The notes beneath the pieces are model-generated. The model worked only from the letters and a program-made list of their open reading frames with translations, was not told the origin of the DNA and did not search any database. From NCBI RefSeq assembly GCF_009914755.1, contig NC_060933.1: DNA of 64,000 nucleotides; one strand, given 5' to 3'. This DNA is from the human T2T-CHM13v2.0 reference genome, Homo sapiens. Positions 1-13,895 of the stretch are shown here, piece by piece. A program made the translations under genes and the position numbers. The first letter of the stretch is position 1; the number at the start of each line of letters is the position of its first letter.

Positions 1-41
1 CAGCTGCCAGAGAGACCCCAGCAGGCAGGCCCCAGGCTCAC

Positions 42-454
42 CGGTTCTTGCCCGTCTCGTCCTGGAAGATCTGGTCGCAGTAGGCCATCATGCGCTCCGT
101 GAAGGTGTACACCTGCAGGCCGGGGTACATCCTGGTGAGCTGCAGCAGCGTGCGGTAGGTGCGGCCGCCGAGCACCCGGTCCATGTGCCTGCCCTGGCCC
201 CACACCATGTAGAGCGTGTCTCGGGCCTTCTGGAAGTAGTGTGAATAGTTGCGCAGCAGCAGCGGCACGCTTGTGTGTGAGACGACACGCAGGGTGCTGC
301 GCTGGCCCACATCCGCCTCAAAGCCCACGGTGGGCGCCTGGTTCATGCGGAACACGCACTCGGCACTGTCGATCTCAGCACCCAGGCCTGAGCCCAGCAT
401 TTGGCCGGAGCTGGACACCACGGCACAGCTGCGGCAGGGCTCGCGGACCAGCGG
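42..454 (-). CDS. ST6GALNAC4: ST6GALNAC4 exon 4 (413 nt), alpha-2,6-sialyltransferase catalytic region with sialylmotif L
   Basis: Translates PLVREPCRSCAVVSSSGQMLGSGLGAEIDSAECVFRMNQAP...DETGKNR (GT29 sialylmotif L: CAVV...G..ID...V.R.N). Acceptor ctgcag| at 455, donor CG|GTGAG at 41. Gene continues beyond the left edge. Confidence 0.97.
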
Positions 455-1076
455 CTGCAGGGCAGGCAGGGAGAAAGAGACAGAGAGGCATGAACACGCA
501 GCTTACACCCCCTGCAGCTCCCCCTGGAATATCCACCAATCTTGCTTGATCAGGTATCGGCTTGAAGGACTGTTATGAACCCATTTTGCAGGCTGGGCAG
601 CAGGGATGACTTTCCCGAGATCACAGTGATACCCAGTGTCAGAGCTAAGGTTCTGCACTCAGCCCCCACTTCCTCATCAGCCATATTTGTGGTCCTTATT
701 CCTGTTGCTGCCTCTGAGGCCCTGTCTCTACGTAATGAGTCCTTATGAGGTTTGCTTGAGCAAATAGTTATAAAACACTTAGAACAGTGGCTGGCGCAGA
801 CTGGAGGTCATATAAGTATTTGTCAAGTAAACATGAACCTCAGCTCTTCAGAATCATTCTTAGGCCACTCCCTCCCCTGCACATGCCTCACCCACACTGT
901 GCCCAGTTTCTAAGTAAGAGCAGGGTCATCAGCGCCCAGGACAGCTGTGGGACTCCCTGGTCCTGAGCCTGAATCCTGGCTCTGCCCTCTCCTAGCTATG
1001 TGGCCTGAAGCCAAGTCACCGGCCTCTGTGCGCCTCAAGTCTCTCATCTATAAAATGGGGAAGAAAACAACATCTG

Positions 1077-1880
<804 letters not shown>

Positions 1881-1885
1881 TTTCT

Positions 1886-2185
1886 TGGGCGGGCGTGGTG
1901 GCTCATGCCTGTAATCCCAGCACTTTGAAAGGCCAAGGCAGGCAGATCACCTGAGGTTGGGAGTTCGAGACCAGCCTGACCAACATGGAGAAACCCCATC
2001 CCTACTAAAAATACAAAATTAGCCAGGTGTGGTGGTACATGCCTATAATCCCAGCTACTCGGGAGGGTGAGGCAGGAGAATCGCTTGAACCTGGGAGGCA
2101 GAGGTTGCGTGAGCTGAGATCATGCCATTGCACTCCAGCCTGGGCAACAAGAGCAAAACTCCATCTCAAAAAAAAAAAAAAAAAA
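1886..2185 (+). mobile_element. Alu (AluS-like)
   Basis: Two-arm Alu consensus with poly(A). Confidence 0.92.
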
Positions 2186-2209
2186 TCTCTTTTTAGAATC
2201 TAGGGCTCA

Positions 2210-2264
2210 GAGCCGAGATCGCGCCACTGCACTCTAGCCTGGGAGAAACAGAAAGACTCCGTCT

Positions 2265-2298
<34 letters not shown>
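2210..2298 (+). mobile_element. 5'-truncated Alu 3' end with long poly(A)
   Basis: GAGCCGAGATCGCGCCACTGCACT...poly(A); TSD AGAA(T/C)CTAGGGCTCAGA on both sides. Confidence 0.88.
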
Positions 2299-2301
<3 letters not shown>

Positions 2302-2433
2302 CTAGGGCTCAGAGAGGTGATGTGATTGGCCAGGATCACATGGCTGGTGAGTAGAGGGGCCAAGCTCAAGGTCCGGTTTGGGACAAGCCCAGCTCTCACT
2401 ACCCACCCCGGATGCATTGCCTGGCCCACTCAC

Positions 2434-2619
2434 CTTCCCATCTGGCACACTGCTATATCCACTGAAGTGCAGGGGTCCCGGCACAGTGGGCCTGGAGCCT
2501 GTGGGGAAGTGGTGGTCCAGGCAGGTGGCCAGGCAGAGGGGCAGGCCGGCCCAGCAGCACAGGAGGATGTAGACGGCAGAGAAGACCACGGAGCACAGGA
2601 TGATGAGCACGAGCCGACC
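2434..2619 (-). CDS. ST6GALNAC4: ST6GALNAC4 exon 3 (186 nt), type II transmembrane anchor and stem
   Basis: GRLVLIILCSVVFSAVYILLCCWAGLPLCLATCLDHHFPTGSRPTVPGPLHFSGYSSVPDGK; acceptor cctcag|, donor AAG|GTGAG; phase 0/0. Confidence 0.96.
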
Positions 2620-4185
2620 CTGAGGGAGACAGTGGCCATGGGGGGGTGTATGTGGGGAGGGGCTCCCAGAAGCCCCTTCAGCGCTGCACCTGGCCTCCTG
2701 GGTCTAGAGAAGCTCCTGGGTCTAGAGCAGCTCCTAGAACAGCAGCAGAATCCAGTCTCCATCCACTGGGCCTTACCTGGGGATGCCAAGCTCTGGGCAC
2801 ATAAGGCCCCGGAGATAACACTGTTATCATCCCCACATTCTAGATAAGGAAAGCAGTTTGGAGTGAAGTGTGTAGTACAAGGCCATACAGCAAAGAAGCA
2901 GCACAGTGGGGCCTTAAATACTGGCTGGAAAGCCCATATTCCTAACTGGAGGCTAGGGTGTACTGTGCGACCTATGGCTCTCCATCCCTCTGGGCCTGTT
3001 TCCTCCTCTACAAACTGGGGACTGATAATGCCCACCGTGTGAACTTACGGGAGGGGGGCAGTGAAAGCCTTCTGTATACTGTAAAGTGCTGTGCACATGA
3101 CAACGGGAAAGTGGTGCCTCAGAAGGGCCACCAGCCCCTTCAGCCTAGGACCAGGGCTGCCTAGTGTGGCCCCGCCTCCTCCCCACCCCCAGCTGACTCA
3201 GTGGCTGTCCCCTGGTGATCCGGATCTGGGTCAGCAGGCCAGGTGGCACAAGGAGATTGGAGCAAAGGTCACTCAAGAAATGGTTTTAATAATTGAAAAG
3301 CTGGTGCCTGGAGGCTACCGCCTCCAGAAACCATGTGCCAAAGGCCATTGGAACCAGGAAGCTCTTCTAGCCATCTGGCCTAGACCCAGCCTGGGGCTGG
3401 TCCTGCTGGCAGACTTAGTGAATGCCCCTACCACCACCAAGCCTCCCAGGAGGGGAAGGGCTTGGTGGCAGCAGAACTGTGGGCTAGTCACTGGGTAGTG
3501 GGCCACCCTGGTCACCACGTGTGTCTCTCTGGGCTCCAGGTTTCTAGACTCGAGGCACAAGTCCCTAGGCCACCCTTCAGAAGCCACCAAGCAGTTGGCT
3601 GGTGCTCTCCAAAAATCAGAAGTGGGAAAGTGGCCCCCACCCCCTACCCCATCACCCCACCTGCCCCGGCGCATCCTGCCTGAGGCCCACCATTTTCTGC
3701 CCGCAAGCTACGTCAGCTTCTAAAAATAAGTCTTTTCTGTGTGGCCAGCTGTGCAGGGGAGGGAGTTCTGCCTGGCACCTGCTCCCCTGCCCATGAGGAA
3801 CCAGAGACCTTGACTCAGGCAGTCGAGATGAACTGCCCCCCACATCCAGCTCTCTCTCTCACAGCCCGGGGCTTCTGCAGTAAAGACAAGAGCGGCTGAA
3901 CTGAACTTCACAACCCCAGTTCCACGTAGGCTTTGCCTGGTGAGCTCGTAGCGTTACCTCCGTTTTACAGGGATAGCAAGGTACTGACACTGCAGAGTGG
4001 ATGCCACCTGCCTGGGGCCACACGGTCTGCAAGAACAGGGTTGGACTTTGAGGCCATTCTGCCCTTCTCTGCTCAGCAGTAGGGAGGTCAGAAGTGGCAG
4101 TGGGTCCTGGGGTGGAGAGGCTGCTGAGCTGCTCCGCCAGTCGGGGCCTCTGCGTTCCCTGGAAGTCCTCCTTCTTCCCACTTAC

Positions 4186-4197
4186 CGGAGCCTTCAT
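4186..4197 (-). CDS. ST6GALNAC4: ST6GALNAC4 exon 2 coding part (MKAP); whole exon about 4186-4272
   Basis: ATG AAG GCT CCG|GTAAG, in frame with exon 3; acceptor ttggcag| at 4273. Confidence 0.92.
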
Positions 4198-4545
4198 GCT
4201 GTCGCTGTCCCTCAGTAGTCTAGGGGCTGCTGTCTCCAGGGCTGGGGCTGGGAAGGGGTGGGAGCCGGGCACCTGCCAAGACCCAGAAACTCAGAGCCGG
4301 GAGGGGTAAGGCAGGTGGGGTTCTAAGCTATAGGGAAAACTGAGGCAGGAGAGGGTACAGGCCGGGGTGAAAGCACATGGCACCCGGGAATCCAACCCCT
4401 TGACGTCTCCAAACACCGGAAGGCAATGTCCCCATCCTAAAGGAGCAGGAATCAGCGACGTTTGCGAGACCTCCTGCCAACCCAATTCCCAGTGCGCAGA
4501 TGGGGAGGAAGAGGCAGCGAGGAGGCGCCCCCAGCTCAAGGTCAC

Positions 4546-4820
4546 CCATCAGGTCTGGGGCAGAGACCAGAAGCCCGGAATTCCACCCCATCCATCCTAC
4601 CTCTCTACCCGGGGGACGAATGGAGAGGCCGGGCGAGGGCAGGACGTAGGTTTTTCACCGCCCTTCCAGATTCCACTGCCGCATCTCCCGGCCGAATGCT
4701 AACCGGGCGTGCAGGCTGGGGTTCGCAGGAGGCTCGCGATCCGCCGCTCGGAGCTCCATGGCCCCCGGGCCGGGCCGACTGGGCTGGAAGCTGATCCGCG
4801 CGGCCAGAGGCAGGGGGCGG
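4546..4820 (-). other. ST6GALNAC4: ST6GALNAC4 non-coding exon 1 (5' end approximate)
   Basis: Donor-like ATGG|GTGACC at 4545 immediately downstream of the CpG-island promoter. Confidence 0.55.
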
Positions 4821-5170
4821 GGCCGGGGCCGGGGCCGGCGAGGAGGGGCGGAGACTCGCGCGCCGGGGGCGGGGCCTGCGCGCCGCAGGCGGATCCTACG
4901 AGCGCGGCCTGCGCGACCTGGGGAGGGCTCTGCGCGGCCGGGACGGGGCGGGACGTGAATGGCTGGCGGCGAGGCCTCCAGCTAGGGGCGGGGCCTCAGG
5001 GCCGGGGGCGGGGCTTCAGAGCCGGGGCGGAGTCTGAGTACCAGCATCTCCCTTTTCGGTCCTGCCGAATTTCCAGCAGGCTCCTGCCTGGGCGAGGCTG
5101 TCGGGCCGCAGGGGAAAGAGACCTAGAGGGTGTCGGGGGCCACCAGGCAGTGGCGGCCTGGCTGTCCGGA
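4650..5170 (-). promoter_or_regulatory. CpG-island promoter of ST6GALNAC4 with multiple GC boxes and G-run tracts
   Basis: Dense CpG; repeated GGGGCGGGG (Sp/KLF) motifs at about 4813, 4866, 4985 and 5005. Confidence 0.85.
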
Positions 5171-5253
5171 CTTGAGTGTCTCCATTTCTGAAATGGTGGT
5201 TGGGGAGGGAAATTAAGCAGGGCTTCGGGTCAGGCAGCCCACGTTTCAACTGG

Positions 5254-5345
5254 TAGGATTGCTGCATTTATCAAGTAAGATACAGAACGCCCAGTGACAT
5301 TGGAAATTCAGATAAACAACGAATACATGAGTTATTTTCAATATG
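5254..5345. mobile_element. MER53-like DNA transposon relic
   Basis: GATTGC...ATACAGAACGCCCAGT...AATTCAGATAAACAACGAATA resembles the MER53 consensus as I recall it. Confidence 0.6.
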
Positions 5346-5701
5346 ATTATTTTATTATGATTATGTCAGTGTGACAGTCACCTGAGTCTGTTTTTCTCCT
5401 CTGAGACACACGTGTAGAGGCAGCTCCTGTCACAGCCAGGATTCGAACCCAGGAAGTTTCACTCCAGACCCGGGGCTGTGACCACCTACTCTTACCTCTC
5501 GAAGGCTCCCTCGCTGGAATGTCCTCCAAATCCAAGTCAAGTCAGCTCAGGCCCCAGGCAGATGCTGCAGTGTGTCCTATTGGGGTCCCTTGGGATCTCA
5601 GAGGCAACTGCCTTCAAGCGCCAGGCTGGTGGCAGAAAGCACTGGGACAGTAGCAGGGGTGGGCCTATGGGGAAGTGAGAGGGCACACTTCCTGTCTAGG
5701 A

Positions 5702-5951
5702 TTTTTTTTTTTTTTCTTTTGAGACAGAGTCTCTCTCTGTTGCCTAGGCTGGAGTGCAGTGGTGCCATCCTGGCTCACTGCAACCTCCGCCTCCTGGGTT
5801 CAAGCGATTTTCAGCTAACTTTTGTATTTTTAGTAGAGACAGGGTTTCACCATGTTGGCCAGGCTGGTATCGAACTCCTAACCTCAAGTGACCTGCCTGC
5901 CTCGGCCTCCCAAAGTGCTAGGATTACAGGCGTGAGCCACCACGCCCAGCC
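5702..5951 (-). mobile_element. Alu with internal deletion
   Basis: poly(T)-GAGACAGAGTC...CACGCCCAGCC. Confidence 0.9.
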
Positions 5952-7566
5952 CTTGTTTATGATTTTTTGTGCAAAATGTTGAATTGGCCAGAAAGATCAT
6001 TTCACCATCCCAACCACACCCACCTCCTCTGCAGGGAGCTAGCCTGGGAACCAGCTTGGGCTCCTGCCCTGGTCTCCATTTCAAACTCCTTTTTCCTTTT
6101 TCTCAGAGGCTCAGGCCTGGGCAGGATGCCAGGGTATCTGTCCCCAGCTCAGCAACCTTCCCAGTCTACCCTGCTCCAGGTTCAAAGCCAAATCACCCCT
6201 GGGCCTGGTGCTCTAGGCCTCAGTGCCTCCCCTATCCAGGGGCTGGGAGGAGGGCTGCTGTAGTGGCCCTGCCCCCTAGGGGCCTCCTTTGAGCACAAAC
6301 TCTCCTGTCACTGCCACTCCAGCCTGGACACACATGGGGAGTAGTGGTTCACGCTCAGTCACCATGGCCCCTCACTCACACAAGGCAGTGGGTCCCCAAA
6401 GCCAGAGCCCTTTCCTCTCAGTCCTCGTTCTTCAAGTTTCTTTCCTCATAGGCCCAACCCTGAGGGCACAATGGTGAGAAGTTCCCTATGGATTCACTCA
6501 CTGCCCACAATGGCTGGTGAGGTGATGATTCCTTCCCCGGAGAGGCAACTCCATCCTTGCTAGGGCCACATGGAGACAGGGACATGCCCAAATGGCCCGT
6601 GCTCCCAGGGTAGATGAGGATCATAAGTCCACAGTAGAACTGTGACCAGGAAGTCCCACAGCCCCAGATAAAGATCTTCACTTTGCTTTTGGCAAAAACC
6701 TACTCTGCTTACCACAACCTACACGATCCTACACAGTGTGAACTCCTTCAGTCACCCTCCACCTGCCCTGGCCACCCTCCGACCGCCAATCATTACTGAA
6801 GCCATTCCTACTGCAGGGCCTCTGCCCTCACTGTGTCCTCTGCTGGACTGCGCTAGTCATATGGTGGCTTCTCTTACCATTCAGCTCAAGCATCACCTCC
6901 TCTGAAAAGCCCTTGCCAGCCACCCTACCCAACGCTGCACCCCAATCCCTCTTGCCTCACCCCGACTCAGTTTTTCATAATATTTGTCACACTCTGAAAT
7001 TGCCCTGTGTATTAACTGGTTGCCTTATTTATGGTCCACCTGCCCCACAGACTCTAAGCTCCATGTGGGCAAAGTCAGACCAGCCATGTGCTCAGGACAC
7101 CTCCAGCACCTGCACAGTGCCCGGCACACACTAGGTGCTAGGTCACGTCTATCAATGCATGAGTTAGGAGAGCCTGGGTCCCATGAGTTCTTGGACAAAT
7201 CACTTTCCTTTCCAGCCTGAGGTCCCGGCTAGGCTCACGGCCAGAGACCCAAAGGTGGAGAGAGTCTGAGTCATCCTTATGTGTGAGAGCAGGACTCTGT
7301 GGCGCTGACTCAGCCCTGTGGGATCCAGATGGGTGGAAATGTGGAGTCAGACTCCAGTTCCTGCTGCAATTCCCTGCCACCTCCGAGCTTCACTGGCCCA
7401 TCACCTCCTGAGTGATGGGCGTGACAACACTCTATGTCACAACTTCCTGCTAAAGTAAGGACAAGAAATTTCCACTCAGCTCATGCCAGCACAGAGAGGT
7501 TGAGAAATCAGGCAAGGTCACCCAGACGACTAGGAGTGATATCAATATTTAAAGTACATATATTCT

Positions 7567-8466
<900 letters not shown>

Positions 8467-8673
8467 TAGGGACGTGTCAGACTCTTCTCTGGTCTCAGAG
8501 TAGAAGTTAAAGCTCTTCCCCCAACACTATCCATCAAATGATCGGGTAGGGGTCCCTTCCCCCAGACTGTGAGTTCCACGAGTTCCATGAAGGCAGAATC
8601 TGTGCCACTTGCTTCATCCCCAGGTCCCCATTACCAGCAGAGGGCCTGTCACATGGCAGGTGCTCAACAAATA

Positions 8674-9328
8674 TTTAATGAGTTAATGAGGTCTGTTTCC
8701 ATTCCTTCATTTTACAGATTAGACCAGCGAGGCACAGAGAGGTTTAGCACCTTGCTCCAGTCACACAGCCAGGCCCCGGAGCAGTTCTGGAGGAAAGGCC
8801 CGCTTGGGCTTGGGCATGGTCGGATTGAACTGGGGTCAGAGGCCAGGCTGGAGTTTCCTGGAGGAAGGAGAAGGAGTGATCAGGGGCATGCAGGCTCCTG
8901 GTGATGTCTGTGAAGCCAAGACCTTGGTCGGACCACGGACCCTTGCCCCCATTTAACTGATGAGAAAAGTGACTTTCAGAGGAGGGCAGAGCTCACCTGA
9001 GATCAGTAGTAGACCCCGTTCAGAATGCCTCCCAGAGCTCCAGGCAGCCCCCAGGACCCCTGCTTCTCCCACCTGCATCCCTAGAGTATCAGGCCAGGAG
9101 CAGGGGGCCGGGAGGCCTGGGTACTCAGGGCCGACCTTGCCACTTACCCGTGCTTACGCCCCTTAAAGTCTCTGGGCCTCAGTTTCCCCATCTGGATGAC
9201 AAGAGGGCTGCAGCCTTCAGCCTCCCCCCTTGCCCAGATCATGAGGACCAAGCTGCAGGAGCTGGTGGTTAAGAATACAGGCTCCGGAATCCAAAAGCCA
9301 TGGTTGAGTCCTGGTTCCAGCATTTATT
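8674..9328 (-). terminator. Candidate PIP5KL1 poly(A) signals: AATAAA (9323-9328) and ATTAAA (8674-8679)
   Basis: Minus-strand hexamers downstream of the stop codon; usage cannot be determined from sequence. Confidence 0.45.
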
Positions 9329-9621
9329 GCTGAATGATCTTGATCAGTCCCTTCACCCCCTGAGCCTCCATTTCATGGTCTGTAAAAAGAGAATAATAGC
9401 ATTTTTTGAGGATTAAATGAGCTAAAGTAGGGGAGTCCTTGGCACGATGCTGGGCACGGCACCACCGTCAAACGGGACTGCGCGGTTACGGTATTAGTTA
9501 GGGGATGCTGCCCTCTGGCGACCATCAGGAGGAAGCGCAGGCGAGATGCCCGGGCCCGGGGGAACCGGCGTTCCTGGCGTGAGCCCATCGTCCAGATCCG
9601 GAGAGTGGGGCCGGGCGCCCG

Positions 9622-9889
9622 TCACTCCGTGTGCGCCTCCACCCACTGGCAGAGGCGACGGGCGTAGCGAGCCGGGCTGACAGTGGAGAAGGTCCGGCCT
9701 GGGTAGCGCAGTGTCTTCCACAGGTGCTCCAGCCGCTTGCGGAGCCCGTAGACTGTGGCGAGATCCACGACGCCCAGGAAATAGCGCTGCTCGGGCCCGT
9801 CCAGGATGTGTAGGGCGTTGGGGGCGTCGGGCAGCAGCCGGCGGTTTTGGGCTCTCGACTCTTCCGGGCTCTGTGCCCCTTGCACAGAC
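9622..9889 (-). CDS. PIP5KL1: PIP5KL1 exon 10 coding part (last exon, stop TGA)
   Basis: [10 protein letters not shown]...[25 protein letters not shown]...[21 protein letters not shown]; matches the PIPK C-terminal GIID / activation loop / SxxxPxxYxxR pattern. Confidence 0.95.
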
Positions 9890-10062
9890 CTGGGGGCCGA
9901 CAGGAGGGTGAAGCTGCCAGCTCCTCCAGGAAGCCCCAGCCAGTCGGCTCTGCAAGCCTGGCCAGGCTGCCCACCCCTCCACCAGCTCATTCCCACACCT
10001 CCTGTGTGCCCAGGTTTGTGAAGTCAGGTAGACTGAGAAAAGTGAAAGTGTTGGGCTAGAGG

Positions 10063-10709
10063 TGCACTGTTCAGTAGACATTGGCCACAGGTGGCCACTG
10101 AGCCTTGAAATGTGGCTATTCCTAGTTGAGATGTGCTATACGTGTACAATACATACTCAATTTCAAAGACAGGATGAAAAAAAGGATGTAAGGCTGGGCG
10201 CAGTGGCTCACGCCTGTAATCCCAGCACTTTGGGAGGCCGAGGCGGGCGGATCACCTGAGGTCAGAAGTCGGAGACCATGACATGGCGAAACCCCATCTC
10301 TACTAAAATGAAAAAATTAACTAGCCAGGTGTGGTGGCGGACGCCTGTAATCCCAGCTGCTCAGGAGGCTGAGGCAGGAGAATCGCTTGAACCCGGGAGG
10401 CGGAGGGTTGCAGTGAGCCAATATCTTGCCATTGTACTCCAGCCTGGGCAACAGAGCTAGACTCTGTCTCAAAAAAAAAAAAAAAAAAAAAGAAAAAAGA
10501 AAAAGAAAAAAGAAAAGAAAAGAAAGAAAAGAAAAAAAGGATGTAAAATATCTTACTCATTTTTACGTTGATTCAATGAAATGAACATTTTGGATGTATT
10601 GAGTAAATGAATTATAGTATTTCACCTGTTTTTACTTTTTAAAATGAGGCTACTAGAAAATTTTAAATTACATGTATGGCTTGAATTATATTTCTACTGG
10701 GTAGCACTG
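10063..10709 (-). mobile_element. MER33-like hAT DNA transposon interrupted by a + strand Alu (10192-10538)
   Basis: CACTGTTCAGTAG...TGAAATGTGGCTA...TTGAGATGTGCT and TTTAAATTACAT...TATTTCTACTGGGTAGCACTG; Alu TSD AAAAAAAGGATGTAA. Confidence 0.75.
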
Positions 10710-11867
10710 GTCTATAGCTTTTGCGTCACACAGACCCTGGAATCTGCACCTTGGTGCCACATGACTTCAGGTAAGTCTATTTCCTAAATTTCTCTTTGGA
10801 GTCATCCAACCCCAGAAGTCTCAGGGTTGTGAAGCAGAAGTTTTGTGAACAAAATCCAGCAACCCCAGTTTGCAGATGGTGTGTCTATGGTTTTGCCTCA
10901 AAATGTCTTCCATACCAGAAGGTACCTTTGGCAGGGCGCCCAGTCCCAGCAGAAGCAGGTTCAATTCCCTAACTTTGTCCTCAGGCGTCATTGAAGGGCT
11001 TTAATCCTGTCCTGTCTGGGTCTCGGGGTAAATAGACCAATGAGAAAAAAGCCCTGCCCGGCGCTGGCCAATCAGAGCTCAGTGGTCTGAGAGTCTGAAC
11101 AGAATGCTGGTACCCTGTGGGCTACCTGGATGATGGGGAGATGTGGGATGGGGGCGTTCTCAGTAGGGGCTGGGAACTGGGTTGGGGTGGGGCTGGGACA
11201 GCCAACATGAAAATATTTCAATGTCACAACAATTCCATGCAAACCAGGACTCACTGACTGAATGACAGCGGTGGCCTAAGTACCAGCTAGGGGGAGAGGG
11301 CAAGGGAAAAGCTGACCTCACTTGGATGGGCAGGTGTGGGAGGCTCCGTGCCCCATGGCAGGCTTGCCACCATCCGGTCAGGACGTGTCCAGCCCAGCCA
11401 AAGGCCAGTGACTCCAAATTCTACCCAAGTCTCACCCATACCAAGTTCTTCCTCTGAGGGGTAGGAACGAGGCAGGGGACAGGAGGGGTGGCGGCTGGAC
11501 CTCCTCTTTCACTCCCCTTGTCCACCCACTGGATCAATGGAGTGCCTGTCTTAGCTCCTATGTAATTCTGTTCGACCACAGGGGTGGGCCTGAGGGAACT
11601 GAAATGGAAGTAGCTGGCCAAGTACTAACATGAGTCCTCAGAAGTCATTCTGCAACCTTGTGTCTGCTTCCCGAGCCTCAGTTCTCACATTTCTCAAATG
11701 GGGATGAGTCTACCCTCCCAGGGAGGCTCCCAGTCAGCATGAAGGAATGACAGTTACCACTACTGAGATGAAGACAGGAAGACGGTGCCAATGATGATGA
11801 CGTCAGCGTCCTGGAAGTGGAATGACCAGCTAAAAAGGGCAAGGACCCTTTCTAAAGCAAAAATTAG

Positions 11868-12461
<594 letters not shown>

Positions 12462-12653
12462 TTAAAAATTAAATAGGTCTTTTTCTCTGCTCTGAAACCT
12501 TCAGTGGTTCCACAGCCCCACTGGAAAATGGGCAGATTCTTCAAATAGTCACCAAAGCTCTTCTCCAACTGGACTTCATCTGTTCTGTCCCCTGCTGCAG
12601 TCCACCTGTGCCCCTCCTGCCCTACCAGCCAGGCTTCTCCAGCCCTCCCCTCT

Positions 12654-12761
12654 ACACACACACACACGCACACATGCACACCCACACACATGCACGCACA
12701 CACACGCATGCATGCACTCACACATATGCACACACGCGCGCACACGCACACACACACACAA
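12654..12761. repeat. Imperfect (CA)n/(CG)/(TG) alternating purine-pyrimidine tract
   Basis: ACACACACACACGCACACATGCACAC...GCGCGCACACGCACACACACACA. Confidence 0.9.
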
Positions 12762-12886
12762 ACTCTGCACTTTCCAGCCTTCATGTCTTTGGCTGCACTG
12801 CTCCCGGTGCACTCCCATGCCCCCATGTCTGTCTTTCCCTTACTCTCACCACCTCAATCTCGCTGTTGCCCCTGTGGGAGGCTCAC

Positions 12887-13040
12887 CTGGCCGTGCGGAA
12901 GATGAGGCTGCTGCCCGGGCCCCTCTCATCCTCGTGGAGACGTTGGAAGGCTATCAGGAGGCTGTAATCCAGCACGTTGAGCTCCCGGAGGAAGGTGGTA
13001 TCCAGTTCCATCTGGCGGAGGAACCAGCTCCGCTGGGGCC
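12887..13040 (-). CDS. PIP5KL1: PIP5KL1 exon 9 (154 nt)
   Basis: [32 protein letters not shown]..., PIPK DYSLL motif; GT-AG bounded. Confidence 0.95.
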
Positions 13041-13152
13041 CTGCCGGAGCATCAGTGCCCCCACCTGAGCGCTCATCATGTGCCAGCCACGGTGCTCCAC
13101 ACACTCTGCCCCGTGACAGCATGTGGCATTACTGTCCCCATCTCACAAATAA

Positions 13153-13543
<391 letters not shown>

Positions 13544-13646
13544 GAATCTGGGCTCTTAATAACTCAGGCAGAGGGCAGCAGGGACACCCTTCTAAACTTC
13601 ACCCTGAATGAAGGAGGAACAGGCAGTGGCCACCCCCGTGGCTCAC

Positions 13647-13759
13647 CCAGGTTGATGGTCTTGCCCTGAAAGTTGAGGTCCTTCAGCACCAGAACAAGGG
13701 GGCTGCCCTCAGGGGCGGGATCCACCCAGCGGCTCACCTCGCAGCCTTTGATGTCATAC
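13647..13759 (-). CDS. PIP5KL1: PIP5KL1 exon 8 (113 nt)
   Basis: [10 protein letters not shown]...LKDLNF (PIPK DLKGS and KDLDF equivalents). Confidence 0.95.
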
Positions 13760-13895
13760 CTGGGTGGGGGGACAGAATTCAGCTTTACATAGATTTGAGA
13801 CACAGAGAGAATCTCACAAGAGCTTCCAGTGACTACTTATGTGCACTGAACTATTACAGAGATCATCCCCAGTCCTCAGCACAACCCTGGCCTGT

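Noticed and set aside
2695-2745. Short tandem duplications (18-bp unit here; also about 34219-34257, 39130-39153 and 53284-53311)
   Set aside because: Two-copy slippage products; no spacers or cas genes, so not CRISPR-like, and no evident function.
11788-11860. ATGATGA resembling a snoRNA C box
   Set aside because: No matching D box (CTGA) or terminal stem at a suitable distance.
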